64,000 nucleotides of DNA from Podospora anserina. Taxonomy: Eukaryota. Positions 26,047 to 39,852 of the stretch are shown here, piece by piece. The stretch lies in contig JAFMPO010000001.1 of assembly GCA_017654855.1 (NCBI GenBank), forward strand, positions 930,001-994,000, given 5' to 3'. A model generated the notes under the pieces. The model worked only from the letters and a program-made list of their open reading frames with translations. It made no database searches and was not told the origin of the DNA. Position 1 is the first letter of the stretch. The number at the start of each line of letters is the position of its first letter. The position numbers were made by a program, and so were the translations under genes.

Positions 26047-28260
26047 CTCACTCCAGGTTGAAGGCAAGAACCCTATCTGTTGGTTCTCTGCACCTTCGTC
26101 TTTTTTTTTTTTCGCTTTTGCCCTGCCGCGCTGCCGATAACGCGATCCGGGAGTGACAAAGTGCTGACATCTCCTGGGGAAGAGCCGGGCCGCGGTTGGG
26201 GTCGCTCTGGGGAACGGATGTGTCTCCGCACAGTGAAGTAGCCTCCCGGGTGCAACCCAAAAGCTGTTCTCCAGCTCAGCTCGGAAACCTGCCTCTTTTG
26301 TACATATTTTCTGGCTGTGTGTACGCTGATGCTTGTGTTGGAGGTAGAGCTCTCTATCTGTGGCAGATCGACGCGGTGGAAGGAAACCCCTTGGAGATCA
26401 CTCGCTAGCCTCATAGTATAGCTCTCCAACTTCTTGAACCCCACATGTTGCTAACCCCGCTCCACCACAGAGCATGGGTTCGTTCCAAACGGCCCGGAAG
26501 TGGGCCGGTCAACATGCCCCAATACGACCGGGGACCCGTTGATATCTCAACGGCTACGACGACAACAGCTCGCTCGACATGGCTCGAATTCTGACCCGTC
26601 TGTGATGAGTCTGTCCGGATCTAGAAATGTCCTGCGAACGATTCATGCCGAGCACGGAAGAAATCACTCTAGCGGTCAGGAACCACGGGCTGTCAAACTG
26701 AGGAGGCAAATGAACGATATGCACCGTGTATTTTGCCGGCCCTATGGCGAAACCTGCGCACATGGCATGGCAGGGGTAGCTTCCACTTTTTTTGGTATTT
26801 GAAACGGAGCACCAACTTCCAGCAGTGCTGACGAAGCCAGATTCGCCGTGATTTACCCTCTCGAAGAAAGTATATCTCGGGAGAGGTGATGTCCAGCCGC
26901 CGCTGCACAAAGACTGAGTGAGTGCCGGAAGACCTCTTACTCGGAGGCGGGATGCTGCGGCCCTGGAAGCGGCCCAACAGCCAAATACGATACGAACATG
27001 CACATTTATCGAGTCCTTATCAAAACACCGACAAGATACAGCGGTCGCACAGTGGGTGCCCGAGATCGATTACGCCGTGTTGATCTTGAGTTCCAGACAA
27101 GACGACTGATAACAGGACAGGTACATACTCCGTACATGCTCCTTATCGAACGCACCCGGATCTTTGTCGGATGCTTCCTCGGTCTCTCCTGTGCAACCCA
27201 ACCGAGGAACATGAGGTTGGAGAAAACTGGGGTTGGACGACCCAACAACCAGCGGCTCTAAGAAGAAGAAGAAGAAAAAAAGCAACAACGCCCAGACCTG
27301 CCCCACGATTCCATCATCGTATCGCGCTAGCAAGGGCGGGAGCGGCGTGTGGGGCCACTAGGCACTTCGGACCAAGATAGGCAGATCCTAGCTGGCGAGA
27401 TTTTCCAGCACTCGATGACTGAAGAGACTGATGACAAGAACGACTCCTTACAGAGCGCTCTCACACAACTCAAATATCCCGCTCATACATCAAACGCACG
27501 CGGCAGTGCTGCTTCAGAGTGGCCAGTATCTCATGACGGTTCAAGACACGTCTCCCTCAAAAGGAACGCTCAATGAGGAAAGCCGGGAGATGCTGCTGCT
27601 CAAGGTGCCTATCTCGCAACTCGCAAAGCGGTCCAGGTCGTCAGGGCTTGCGGCCAGCTGGCCGATATTCCACGACTATACACGCCATGAACTTTCACGT
27701 CATGGGGCTCCTGGCCTGTAGGTTGGTATCCCCGCTCCTTGTTACGGAACCGATGGCGTTGTCAGGACCCGGGACCATCGGCGCCAGGTCTGCATGGAAG
27801 GCGTAGTGTAGGCCAATCCCACCATCAAATTCACGAACACCTGCTGTTGCATCGGGCCAAACTGCTCCGGGTTCCCGAAGGCCTAGCTACATGCTTAGGA
27901 ACCGCTTCCGTCGCTCCGGCGAAGATTCGGACCTGCCTCCACAGAGAGCAAAGTCGATCTTGTTCCCATGTGCGCCGGCGAGAAGAGTTGGAATTCGCTA
28001 GCGTTCTGCAAATGTTAGAAGGGCATTGGGTGCCTTGCCCCTCGCTCGCAGCGGCAGCTGTATTTTAATGGAGTTTTTCGCAGAGGTTACCAGTACCAAC
28101 AATACTCGCTCGTACGGACACCAGGATTCACTACCGTGGCACTACGAGGCTGCACCGGGCGAGTACACCGGAAACCCTGCATCTCTCCTGCAGATATAAT
28201 AAAAAACACAGGGTTATACGGATTCCGTACATACACATATAGCTGCACGACACCACCATG

Positions 28261-28294
28261 CAAACCCCCCTGGTAAATTTGCCAGGGGGGTTTG
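28261..28294. repeat. 34-bp palindrome with one mismatch
   Basis: CAAACCCCCCTGGTAAA|TTTGCCAGGGGGGTTTG. Confidence 0.85.
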
Positions 28295-29698
28295 TCACCG
28301 CACCTACACAATACACCACTTACCGAGATGATGGATAGGCGAAGCGGTGAGCGTGCAGAGCTCGCTTCCTCGGTTTCTGATCTGGTCCAAGAGAGCCTCC
28401 TGGACTTCGCAACCAAAACAGTGGCCGGTGAAAGCAACGTTGACGGCAGGCTCTATGCGACCGCCCTCCGGACCCTTTCCCCGGAGCCTTGGCCTCGCCT
28501 CGAAGCGCCCGTTCGCTGTTGCTAACTTTGGTGCTGGGTTCTTTTGCCACACAGGTCGACGACAACCAAAAGTATGCCGGTATAGTGGGATCATGAGCGC
28601 CCGGCCGTATCGTGCTCACTCGGATTTTGAAGGGTCCCCGCTCGCTGGTAGCTTGCTGCCCGTCCCCCACGAACAGGACGGGACGGCCCTGCCGGGTGTG
28701 TCTACCGGTTGGACGCTGACGTTGGTAATGTGATCCGAGCATGACAACGGGAAGCTTAACAAGGTAGGGGGAGCAGCGGATGTAGCAGCTTGACAGCTGT
28801 GTGGTAGGGACGGGGAGCTTACAAGCGAGCATGTTTTGAGTCGCCCTCTGCCCTGGTGTCGTCATCGTCGAATCCGTTTCCCCATATGTTGCTAGATGGG
28901 CATTGGTCTGCTGTCGTCATCTAGCTTTTAATACACGCGGTAAAAGAATAGATGAAGAGGTTCAACTGCCGGTTTCATACGTCGTTGATCCCCCCCAGAC
29001 GGGACAAAATATATTCAGATAGATACAGATCCGTCCAAAAAGGGGTTTGATAGAAACAGCCCAACGCGCCTCGAGAAGCATATACTCCCTGCGGGGAGGC
29101 ATGATATCAGACGAGTCCCCTCCCTATGCTACTGTCAGACGGCACGGTGCTTTGACCCTTGAGCAAGTATCTATACATGTACATCTGGAGTCGAGCCGCT
29201 ACCTCTTCATGACCATCAGCCATTACCTAATCTTTTGCCAATGTCTATAAGGGAAAATCTAACCACCAAGCGCGCCTTTTCCTTCGGTATCACAACATTT
29301 AAGTCATCAAAAACACACAGGCTGACTCGTCCGGTATCATGTGTGAAGAGATGGCCTTTAGGCTACCAAAAGACCCCCGTGGTTCATGCTGTTGTGTCAC
29401 CGAAGTCAAGCCGAGGGCAGTGTAACCATTGCTGTACGTGAGTTGTAAACCGAGCAGTTTCTGCATCGTCATCTTCCTCCTGCTGCGGCTGCTTCTAACT
29501 TGCTTGCTGGCTACTGCGGGACTACTACTGTCGTGTCCCTCTTACATCATACTTCTGCATCTTCGGCCATCCCGTCTTCTGGGCAATAGTTCTTTTTCAT
29601 CCTGTAATATCTCGACTCGTTGACCCCCCTGTTTGATCACAGACATTTCTTCCACACCACGCTCCCAATGTTCCTTTATCCTTTAGAATTTTGACAAG

Positions 29699-31726
29699 TT
29701 AGAAGGTGCTTGTAGCCAACCGACTGGCCGCATTTCTTGCATCGACCCTGTCCTCGTCGTCCTCTTCCGCTAAACCCGGCAGATTCCCGGCCACCGAACC
29801 GCCGCCACCGCTCAACGCCCGCGTCCTTGCCCCCTGATCGTGACCGCCCTCTCCGCCTTCCTCCCCTTCTTCGGAAACGCTGCCAGCCATAAAGCTTCCC
29901 GAGACACTCCTGCTCATGTTGCTGTCGTGCCGTCTAGGAACTCCACTCCAGGCGTCACCCTTGGGTCCCTGGGAGGTAGCCATGCTGACCCGTCTGACAG
30001 GCGGATGAGCCTCTCTCCCGAGACGTGAGAGCCCACCGCTAGAGTCGATCGCTCGAATGTCGGGTCGCACAGACTCGAGGAGTGCCAGTGTGCGCCTTTC
30101 GGCTTCAATTTCGCGAATCACGTATTCACGGATGGAGAGCCGTAGATCGGCTGCCGTGCGAGCGAACCACTTGCGCCGTTCGTGAACCAAATTTTGTGTG
30201 ACGCGGGTGGTCTTTTGGTAGAGTGCCGTTTCTGTCTCACGCGCTTCGTGCAGGGCGCCGATGGCTTCGTCGACTTTCTCGCGGCGGACATTGGAGGAGG
30301 CTTTGAGGCGGTCGGCCGCGTTGAGTTTGCTGCGGGTTTGCTCCTGGGCTTGGAGGAACTCGCGAATCAAAATTTGGCGGTTCGTGAGGGTCTCCTTGAC
30401 GATGAAGGCATCCTGAGAGTGGTATTGGAAGGGGTCACCAATGGTGGTAGCCTCAGCTGTTGCTTGGGCGGCGTGGAAGTCGCCGACGGTCTGGACGATC
30501 TTGCCTAGCTTGCGATAGGCATTGGCTAGCCCTGGATGGAGCTCTTGAACGTGCATGTTGCCAAGTTTGACGCCAAAGTCGGATTCGGCAAGTCCGAGAC
30601 CTAGAGTTCATCGTCAGAGATTTGGGTTTCCTTGACCGTAGCAAAGAACAATCGGGCACATACCTCTGCGTGACTTGACAAGCTTGTCAACCTTGTGCCC
30701 GGCATCCATCGCTCCCAGATAAAATAGCTTGACAATGGGGCGGGCCTCCTGCAGCTCAGGAGTGTCATCTGGGGGCGGGGCAAACTGCTTCAAGATCTTT
30801 CTGCGCACACCAGTTGCCGGCTGCTTCTTTTTTACCATGGGGCTGTAGCCGAAATCGCTCTCCACAAAAAGCACCATTTCAGGATCTCTGGCCAACACCT
30901 CGCTGCTGCAGACGTAGTTGAACCACCGCTGGAGGAGCGCCTTGACACGAATCTCATCCTCCTCAGTGCCCGCACCGGCGGATGTCAAAGCTGGCGGTAC
31001 CGCCGGCACAATAGCCTCGGGGTTGGCCGAGATCAAGTGCTCGGCAAGCTTGATGAACTCAGAGTGGAGACGGCGTACATCGCGGTACTGTGTCGTTCTA
31101 AAGGCAGGGAAGTTTGTCTTTTTCTTGTAAGCATCCGTCTTGTTCCTAACGACGTATAACCAAGAAAGGGGCCGTACATGTACATCAAATCTCAAAATAG
31201 GATCCTTCCTTCCCGTCCGTTCCAGCCCAGTGATCTTGGCCTGCAATTTGAACTGGGGCGCCTGCGATCGCCGGGGCTGCTGCTGTTGCGGCCGGTCTTG
31301 ACCCTGGGGTGCCCCTTCGGCCGCAGGATTTTGCGATTGTTGCTGCTGCTGATGCTGATACTGAGGTCCTGGAGATAATGGCCCATGGTCGCCAGCCCCT
31401 GAAGCGTGGTTTTCCGTGTAATGCTGGACGCCACCCGGCTCGTCCATACTGGGCTCCACGCCATGGGATTCGGCAGCTGAGACAGTGCTCGCAGTGTCTG
31501 GTCTCTTATAATCAGAATCGCTTGCGCCGAACCCGCCATCTTCGTGGAGACCATTGTTGGAGCTGTGGGAGGGGAATCGGTAACGGGAGGGCTGGGCATC
31601 GCCCGTCAGCCCGGCGATGCTGGAGCCGAAGCCGGTCTGATCCTGTCTGGGCGAGGAACTGGGAGAGTTACCCCAAGGCGAAGCCTCGGCAGCATGGTCG
31701 TCTTGTATCGATGCGCTGTAGTCCAT
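29699..31726 (-). CDS. vps17: Retromer PX-BAR sorting nexin Vps17; introns 31177-31118 and ~30663-30601
   Basis: KLQAKITGLERTGRKDPILRFDVH, YRDVRRLHSEFIKLAEHL, LFVESDFGY and C-terminal VDARNAASRLATSTF. Confidence 0.92.
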
Positions 31727-32454
31727 GGCGGTTTATTATGTGATTCGAACTAAGATATGCGGATGTTCTGTTGAGATGACGTGGGAGGTCTAATTATTGC
31801 GCAGTTGTTGGGAAGCTTGTCGGTCCCGGCAATGACGTGCGGTGTGACTGGGGAGCTTTTGGAGGGAGTGGCCGGGCCACAATAGCAAGTGTTTCTGATA
31901 ATTCAACTGGTTTCGATCCAGGTAACTTGGCCAGTCGCACGTCGTCGTTGTGGCCGTATAGCGTAGCGTGGCGTGTCCAGCGTGAAGCAGCTGAGGTGAG
32001 GTTGGATGTGGCCGTGGTTGGCTTGTGTCGTTCGGCGCCTTGCTCCCTCTGGAAACAGTGGAAATGGAAGCGCCAAGCGATCTATGGCTGGGATTTGGGA
32101 GCGGGGTACGCACGGTCCACCTGAAGCTCGCAGCATGAGCTCCTGTCCTAAAGCTACCCTGCCTGACTGCTCTAAAAATCGAAACTCAATTCAGAGACAG
32201 CTCTGTTGTTCAAGATCTCCGAGTGAGAAAATCAACAGCTGTCCTTCTGGCTACGTCTTCTTCTAGTCTAGAGGCATGGTCCCCTTCCCTTCGTTCAACA
32301 GGACCTAAGCAGTAAGCTCGGCAGCTTGGTATGCAGAGCTGATTGGCTGCTGACTCGTTGACTGAAGCTATCCTCGGGTTGGTAGTTTATCTCTTGTGGG
32401 CTCACAGCATACCTGGTATCGAACAAGCTGAGCCGAAGGGATCAGAGCTTGGGA

Positions 32455-35074
32455 ATGTTCACCACCGTCTCATCCCATGCCTGCCGCCACGGCCAGGGGA
32501 AGCTCTTACTTCGTCTCTTAGTTCTAAAAAATGCCCGGCTGTGCAATTCCAACAGCTCAATTGGAAAAGGCATCAGGAGCTATGCAACCGAACATGCTCA
32601 CCACGAGGCGAGGGTTGAGAACATCCGCAACATTGGCATCATTGCCCACGTTGATGCTGGCAAGACTACGACTACGGAACGCATGCTCTATCACAGCGGC
32701 CGTACAAGGCATATTGGAAGTATGCTTTGGACCATTCCGCCCACTCCCCGGTGGTAGTCACAGATATTGACAGCCTTTAGATGTTGACCACGGCAATACC
32801 ACGACAGATTTCCTTCCCATGGAAAGGGAGAGAGGAATCACCATTCAATCAGCCGCTGTGACTTTTCAATGGCCACCAAAATCCGTCTTACCCAACGGTC
32901 AGGAGTCAAAAACCATCAACCTCATCGACACCCCTGGCCATCAGGATTTTCGTTACGAGGTCGACCGTTGTCTGCCTATCCTCGACGGTGCCGTCTGTAT
33001 CATGGATGGTGTAAAAGGGGTTGAAACCCATACCGAGCGCGTCTGGCAGTCGGCCCATCTTTCTAACATCCCCAGACTGTTGTATGTGAACAAGCTCGAT
33101 CGCGACGGTGCTTCCTTCAAGCGAGCAGTTCAAGAGGCGGCGGCCAGGCTCAAAACCTGGCCTTTGCTCTGCCAGATTCCCTGGTGGCAAAAAGACGAAT
33201 TCGTTGGTGTTATCGATGTCATTCATGAAGTTGGCCTCAGATTCTCCAAGAATTCCGGTGCCATGACGGTGGTACCGAAGGAGACCCTCGCCACACACAA
33301 CCCTGCCCTCAAGGATGAGATGGAGAAGGCCCGTCTCCAGTTGATTGACAAGCTCTCGGACCAGGATGAAGGCATCATGGAAGAGTATCTCGAACGTGAT
33401 ATCAATGTGTCTTCCGGAACGATCAAAAAGGCTATCCGCCGGCTAATCATCGATGGAAAGGCCAAGTTCACCCCAGTGTTTGCTGGCTCAAGCCTGACCA
33501 ACATCGGCGTTCAACCTCTACTTGAAGCTGTGGTTGACTACCTCCCGAATCCTTCTGAGCGGCCAGAGTTGCGTCTCATTACAGGTTCCAAGACCGTCAC
33601 GTTCTCTGAATTCATGGAGACGGCCCCGAAGAAGAAAGGCGCCCCGCACCAAAAGCCAGAGCCAGTATTGTCGGTATCTCACGTCTTCAAGGTGGTGGAT
33701 AGCGGGGCACGAGGCTTGATGAGCTGGGTACGCACATATCATGGCAGTCTCAGCAGAAGCAGCCACATGTGGAACAGCAACATGCACGTCTTTGAGAAGC
33801 CGCAAAACATCATGCATGTTTCTGCCAAGGATTACCACGACATCCAAACCCTTCCAACCGGGCACATCGGGGCCATGACTGGCCTCAAACAAGCACGCAC
33901 TGGAGACACGTTGTTGACATTCCCGGGCCACCAAGCACAGGCTCCCGAGGCGTACAGGAGCGTTCGCATCAAGGCCCCAGAGACCCCTCCAGCGGTCGCC
34001 TTTATCTCGATCGAACCATATACCAAGACAGCTGGCGACAAGATCGTGGATGCCCTCCAACGTCTCTCCAGAGAGGACCCAAGTATTAGATGGCACAAGG
34101 ACGAAAGATCGGAGCAGCTCATTCTTTCTGGCATGGGGCTTCTCCACCTCGAGATCGCCCAAGACCGCCTTTTAACGCATTACAAGATCGAAAAGGAGAC
34201 GGCCATCTGGGGTGATATTGAGGTTGAGTACTCGGAATGCCTCTTTGCCCCCACTCGCCCCCACCATCATGAGTACGACCGTGCTCTCCGTGGTGTTGCT
34301 GGCAGAGCTGCTTGTGCAGTCCTTCTCGAGCCCCTCGAGGCGTGCCACCACGACACTCTGCTTGAGTCCAGTATCGAGCGCGACGGCAATGTTATTCACG
34401 TCTCAATTCCTCTGCCCGAAGACACGGATGAGCTTCCATTTGACACCGAGACAGTCCGCCAGCAGCTATTCAACGGCGCCATCGCCGGCCTCTCCCGCGG
34501 TCCCCGCCGCAGCGCCCCTGTCAGAAAGTGTCATGTTCACATTACCTTTGACCCGGAGAAGGACTGGAGTAAGAGCTCTACGGGTGGGCACATAACCAAC
34601 GCCGCGCTTTTTGCTGTGCGCGCAGCGCTGAAGGAAGCCCATGAGAACGCTCAAGTCGGTATACTGGAGCCTTTTACAAACTTTACCATTCACTGCCCTG
34701 AAGAAGCATCGCATGCCATCCAGCACGATATTAGCTCTGCGCGCGGCGGTCAGGTGATGGAGGTGCGCAAGCCCGAAGAGGATGACTACTCTGGCAGCGT
34801 GGACGGCCAGGGCGGGGAAAGGATTGACCTGACCAGGGTCTATGTTCCTCCTGATCCGTATGAGGGCGTGCAGAGTCTGAGGGACGAGGGTAAGAAGATG
34901 AGCGGCAGTGTGAGGATGTTGCATATCATGGGCAAGGCTCCCCTGAAGGAGATGATGAAGTACGATGGGCATCTGAGGAGCATGACGGGCGGCAGGCATA
35001 CCCTCACCCTGGATCCGGGTGAGTTTGAGCTTGTGACGGGCCCAAGGGAAAAGGCTCTTGCTTTGGAAGGTTGA
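32455..35074 (+). CDS. mef2: Mitochondrial elongation factor G2 / ribosome-releasing factor 2; intron 32720-32780
   Basis: Basic presequence-like N-terminus; [47 protein letters not shown]; divergent domains IV-V with LRSMTGGR as in EF-G2. Confidence 0.88.
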
Positions 35075-36714
35075 GCCTGGAAGCTGGGTGAAAAAATATC
35101 CGTGTCGTATTTGGCTTGCTTGGTTACCATGTTGTAAAGGATACTGCAAGAATAAAGTCAGACTGGTTGTATACAACACAACTGAAGTATCAAAGTACTG
35201 GTACAAATCTCCGCGTCGTTCCCGTCAGGGTGCCATGCCTACAGCTTCGTCGTAAAGCCATAAACGGATAAGGTAGCCGGTGTCGGCCAAAGACCTTAGC
35301 GCTTGGGCCTCCCTGTCGTGACAAAGAGCAGGCCAAACCAACAAGACTGATATCACGACACGCCATGAACCGGTCAGGAGCTCTAAACCGCAACGTGCCA
35401 TTTCACTTTCTCAAGCAGGAGGGCGAGGTGGTAGTCGTTTCCGTGTTTGACCCCCACCTTTACGACAGTACCAGCGGGACGGACAAGTCTGTGCTTCTGC
35501 CTTTTGGTCCCCTGACTTTATCCGGGTTGATGTTTAATACACGGATGGGGGGTTGCGGTTGAGTCCATCCATGGGACGGGAGGAGTGCTGCCGTGTGGGG
35601 GTCAGATAATGTGGGGGTTTAGATGTTAAAAGGGAAACGGGAGCACCAAACGGAAGAGTCAGGAAGGGCGGTAGTTTAGAACATTGGATCGGATTGGCGG
35701 GATGGGGGTTCAATGAATGCAAGCTTGGCCGTTGGTTGTGTTATACTACAGATCCATCGGGTCTGGGCACTGCCGGGCCGAGATGGGACGGTTGATGGAG
35801 GTGAGGTACAGGGAGTTGGACAAGAGAATATCTTGCAGTATTTTGACCTCACCTAACCACTACATTCAGAGTACAATTACAGGCATATTCGACATGTTTA
35901 CATTTTGTACTCGTGGCAAACCCAATTTGGTTCCAACGTGGCATAAAACGGATACCTTAGCAGGCGCCTCGGGCAGCCTTGAGCTTGAGTTCTCTTTTTG
36001 CTAATGAATCGAACAAAGAACATTTACTAAAATGTGCGACTGGGTAGGTAGTCTATCCGATGTCAGTCTGGTGACTTGAATAGATTGCTGCTTGTCCATT
36101 GCTTTACCAATTATTATCCTACCAAAAGAGCCGCTCTCGCAAGGGATTGCACCTATTACGGAAATAAAGTAGCTTATCTCAAGGCGGCTCTCGGTTTTCC
36201 CACTTGGTAGTACGAAGTTCAGGCATTGCATAGAGGTCAGGACTCTTCAACCTGAGCTGCTTCAAGGTTTCCGGAACAAGAGGTTCGAACTTTGGAGGAC
36301 ATTTTTGTTTGTTACCTTCTCTCATTTCAATTCTAAGCTGCCGAACAAGAGAACCCGGAGAAAGACGCGTTGTGCTTTGGATTTGATCTCCTCCATGGGC
36401 TGCTTACTTGTCAGGCCTACAAAATCGTTGCATGTGTGATACCTGAATCGACATGTACTTTTGTGGGTAATGTTGACCTGATGAAAAGGGTCAAATAGGG
36501 GTAAAAGTGGATACCACGAGACTTGATATGGGCTGCAAGTTAGATGTCAACAGAAACCTGGAAGGTGTAAACATAAAATCTGTGTGACTGGACCACACTT
36601 CCATTCCTATCCAATTATGATATCTGTCTGTCTGACTCCTTCAGCTTTACTATAATCATACACATTCTGTCCCTCAAATTTATTTACACCAACGTTCTAA
36701 CATCATCACTTGAA

Positions 36715-39642
36715 TTAAAGCAACTCCGCCGCGGCACCGCCAATAGCCAGCTTGCCAGTCTCCTTGACCTTGGTCTGGAAGATGACCTTGTTTCCTTCCT
36801 TCCACATCTCGGTGACGAGGGTCTGACCGGGGTTTACTGTGCCCGCAAATCTGACCTTGACGTTTTTGAACTTGCCAAACTTCTCGTAGACGGCCTTGCC
36901 AGCAATACCAAAGAAGCACAGGCCGTGGAGGATGGGCACCTTGAAGCCACCCATCTTGGCGAAGCCGGGGTCGATGTGGAGGGGGTTGTAGTCACCGGAC
37001 AACCGGTAGATGGCGGCCTGCTCCTCAGTGGTCTTCTCCTCGACAACGACATCCGGGGCGCGAGCGGGGGGCTTGTTGGCAGCAGTAGCGGCGCCACGGT
37101 CAGCAGGCTTCTTCTGCCCACCGAAACCACCGCACCCTCTGAGGAAGACGGTCATCTCGTTGTAAAAGACCTCCTCGCCAGTCTCAGCGTTGGTGGTGGT
37201 GATTCCTTGCCTGACAATAGCGGCGTTGCCCTTGTCAACAACCTCGATGAGCTTACCCTTGGAGATGAGCTTGCCGGCGGTGGGGACTGGGTACTTCTTG
37301 ACCTCGAGGTACTGCTCGCCGTGGAGGAGCATCATGGGGTTGAAGTTGGGAACGAGGTCGTCAAACGAGTAGGGGAACTCGGTATCGAATGGGGGAATGA
37401 CGCCGAAGGTGGGGATGGCCTGGAAGTCCTCAGCACCCTCAAATACGTAGCGGAGATCGGTGCGCTTGGCACCGATACCAAGGTTGTAAAGCATGATGTC
37501 GCGCTCGGTGTAGTTGAACTCAGTTCCCTTGCTCTCAGTCTTGAGGGCTTCTTGCTGGGCTTGGAGGTACTTGTTATCGCCGCCGGCGCTCTGAAAATTG
37601 ACACAACAGCAGTTAGAGATCAAGTTCAAAACGTTGAAGGCTCATACATCATTCCATCATTATTCTACACAAAACACTATATGGTGACTATGGTACATGA
37701 AAAAATGGGGTGCTCATACCTTTCCCGAGCCGGACTTGTTCTCCATATTCGCCATGATCTTCTCGAGACTGTCCTGGGTCTTCGCGGGATGGTCGGCGCG
37801 GTTGTCAAAGGTGATGATGTCGTTCCAGTTCTTGACAACCTCCTCAGGAGTCAGGGGAACGTCGACGGGGAAGCCGTGACCAGCAGTGCGCTGCCACCTG
37901 GTTTGGCCGACCCAACCACTGCCAACCTCGTAGAGGCCACCGGTGGGGTTGGGAACCTTGTCGCTGGAGAGAGCGAGGACGAGAGGAGCAATGTAGTCGG
38001 GCTTGAAGGCCTGGACAAGCTCCTCGGGAAGGATGGTCTTGGTCATGGCAGTACCGGCGTTGGGGGCGATAGTATTGACGAAGATGTTGTACTTCGCACC
38101 CTCGAGCGCAAGAGCGCGAGAGAAGCCGAGAATGGCGCATTTCTACATTCAAGTTAGCATTTCAAACCATCTGACGTTCCACGAAAAGACTTACGGCAGC
38201 AGCATAGTTGGCCTGGCCGAAGTTGCCATAGATACCACTGGTGGAGGTGGTGTTGACAACACGGCCGTACTTCTGCTTGAGGAAGTAGGGCCAGGCAGCC
38301 TTGGTGACCTTGTAGGTACCGCGGGCATGGACGTTCATGACTGGGTCCCAGAGGTTGTCGTCCATGTTGGTGAAAGCCTTGTCGCGAAGGATACCTGCGT
38401 TGTTGATTACGATATCGATACGGCCAAAGGTGTCAATGGCAACCTTGACAACAGCATCACCGTCCTCGGCGGAGTACTTGGCACCGACAGCCTTTCCACC
38501 CATGGCCTTGATCTCATTGACAACATCGTCGGGGTTAACGAGATCGTTAACAACAACGGAAGCGCCAGCACGGGCAAAGGCCAAGCAGTAAGCACGGCCG
38601 ATACCAGCACCGCCACCCGTGACGAGAGCAACACGGCCAGTGAAGTCGATCTTCTCACCTTGCTCGTTGGGGCCGAGCTTCTGAGACTCCTCCAAAAGGG
38701 TGAGGAAGTCGTTGGGTCCGCTGGGGTATTGTGGGTTGGAGAAGTCGGTGACCTTGTTCCACTTCTTGAGAATGGCACCAGGGGTGTAGGTGTCGTCGCA
38801 CTTGAGGAGCAGGCCGCTGGACCTCTCCCATCTGAGCTTGGCGATGTGACCACCACCGACCTCGAAGATGGAACCGCTCTCGCTAGTGTTGTTCTTGTGA
38901 ACCAAAACGGCAACGAGGGGCACAACCCACTCAGGCTTCATGAGCGCGAGAACATCTGGGGGCATGACGGTCTCGGTCATGCGGCTGGCAGCAATGGGAG
39001 CAATGACGTTGGAGATAATGTTGTACTTGGCACCCTCCTTGGCGAGAGTCTCCGTGAAGCCAACCATGGCGAGCTTGGCGGCGGAGTAGTTGGCCTGGCC
39101 GAAGTTGCCGAACAGACCAGCAGCAGAAGCGGTGTTGATGACGCGACCGAACTTTTGCTTGCGGAAGTGAGGCCAGGCGGCACGAGCGCACTTGTAGCTG
39201 CCCTTGACGTGGACCTTCATGATGAGGTCCCAGTCCACATCCTTCATGTTCTTGAAGCTGACATCGCGGAGGATACCGGCGTTGTTGATGAGGATATCGA
39301 TGCGGCCGAAAGCCTTGATAGCAGTCTCGATGATCTTGTCACCATCCTCGACGCTGTTGTAGTTGGCAACGGCCTTGCCACCGGCGGCCTTGATCTCGTT
39401 GACGACAACATCGGCAGCCTGTATGACAAAACATTGTCAGCGATTGCCAATATCAGATTGAAGGCTGGCACGAAAGAACTCACCTTGGAGTCGTTACCCT
39501 CGCCCTTGAAAGAGCCGCCGAGGTCGTTGACAACGACACTGGCGCCGCGAGACGCAAAGAAAGTGGCATAAGCCTTGCCGAGACCGCCGCCAGCGCCGGT
39601 GACGACAACGACTTGGCCGTCGTATCTCAATTGTTCCGCCAT
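36715..39642 (-). CDS. fox2: Peroxisomal multifunctional beta-oxidation enzyme MFE-2 (two SDR dehydrogenase domains plus hydratase 2); introns 39483-39419, 38194-38143, 37719-37591
   Basis: Two TGxGxGxG/NNAG/YxxxK SDR domains, then hydratase motif [20 protein letters not shown]. Confidence 0.97.
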
Positions 39643-39852
39643 TGTGTATGTGTGGTGTGAGGAATGGTGGTGAAGGAAAAGGAGAGGGATTAGATTCGTG
39701 AGGTAAAACTATACGAATGGCGGTTAATAACGAGCCGGATGCATCTGTCTTCTAATAAGGACCTGTGGATGTCCTTTGACGTCGGCAGGTGTGCTGGAGG
39801 GCAGCCAGATGACCCCTGTCCCCCTGTGTCCCAGTGCTGCCGGACTGTTAAG

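Noticed and set aside
36925..39571. Long antisense ORFs (410 and 522 aa) over fox2
   Set aside because: Shadow frames produced by strong codon bias; they run across fox2 introns and show no independent motifs
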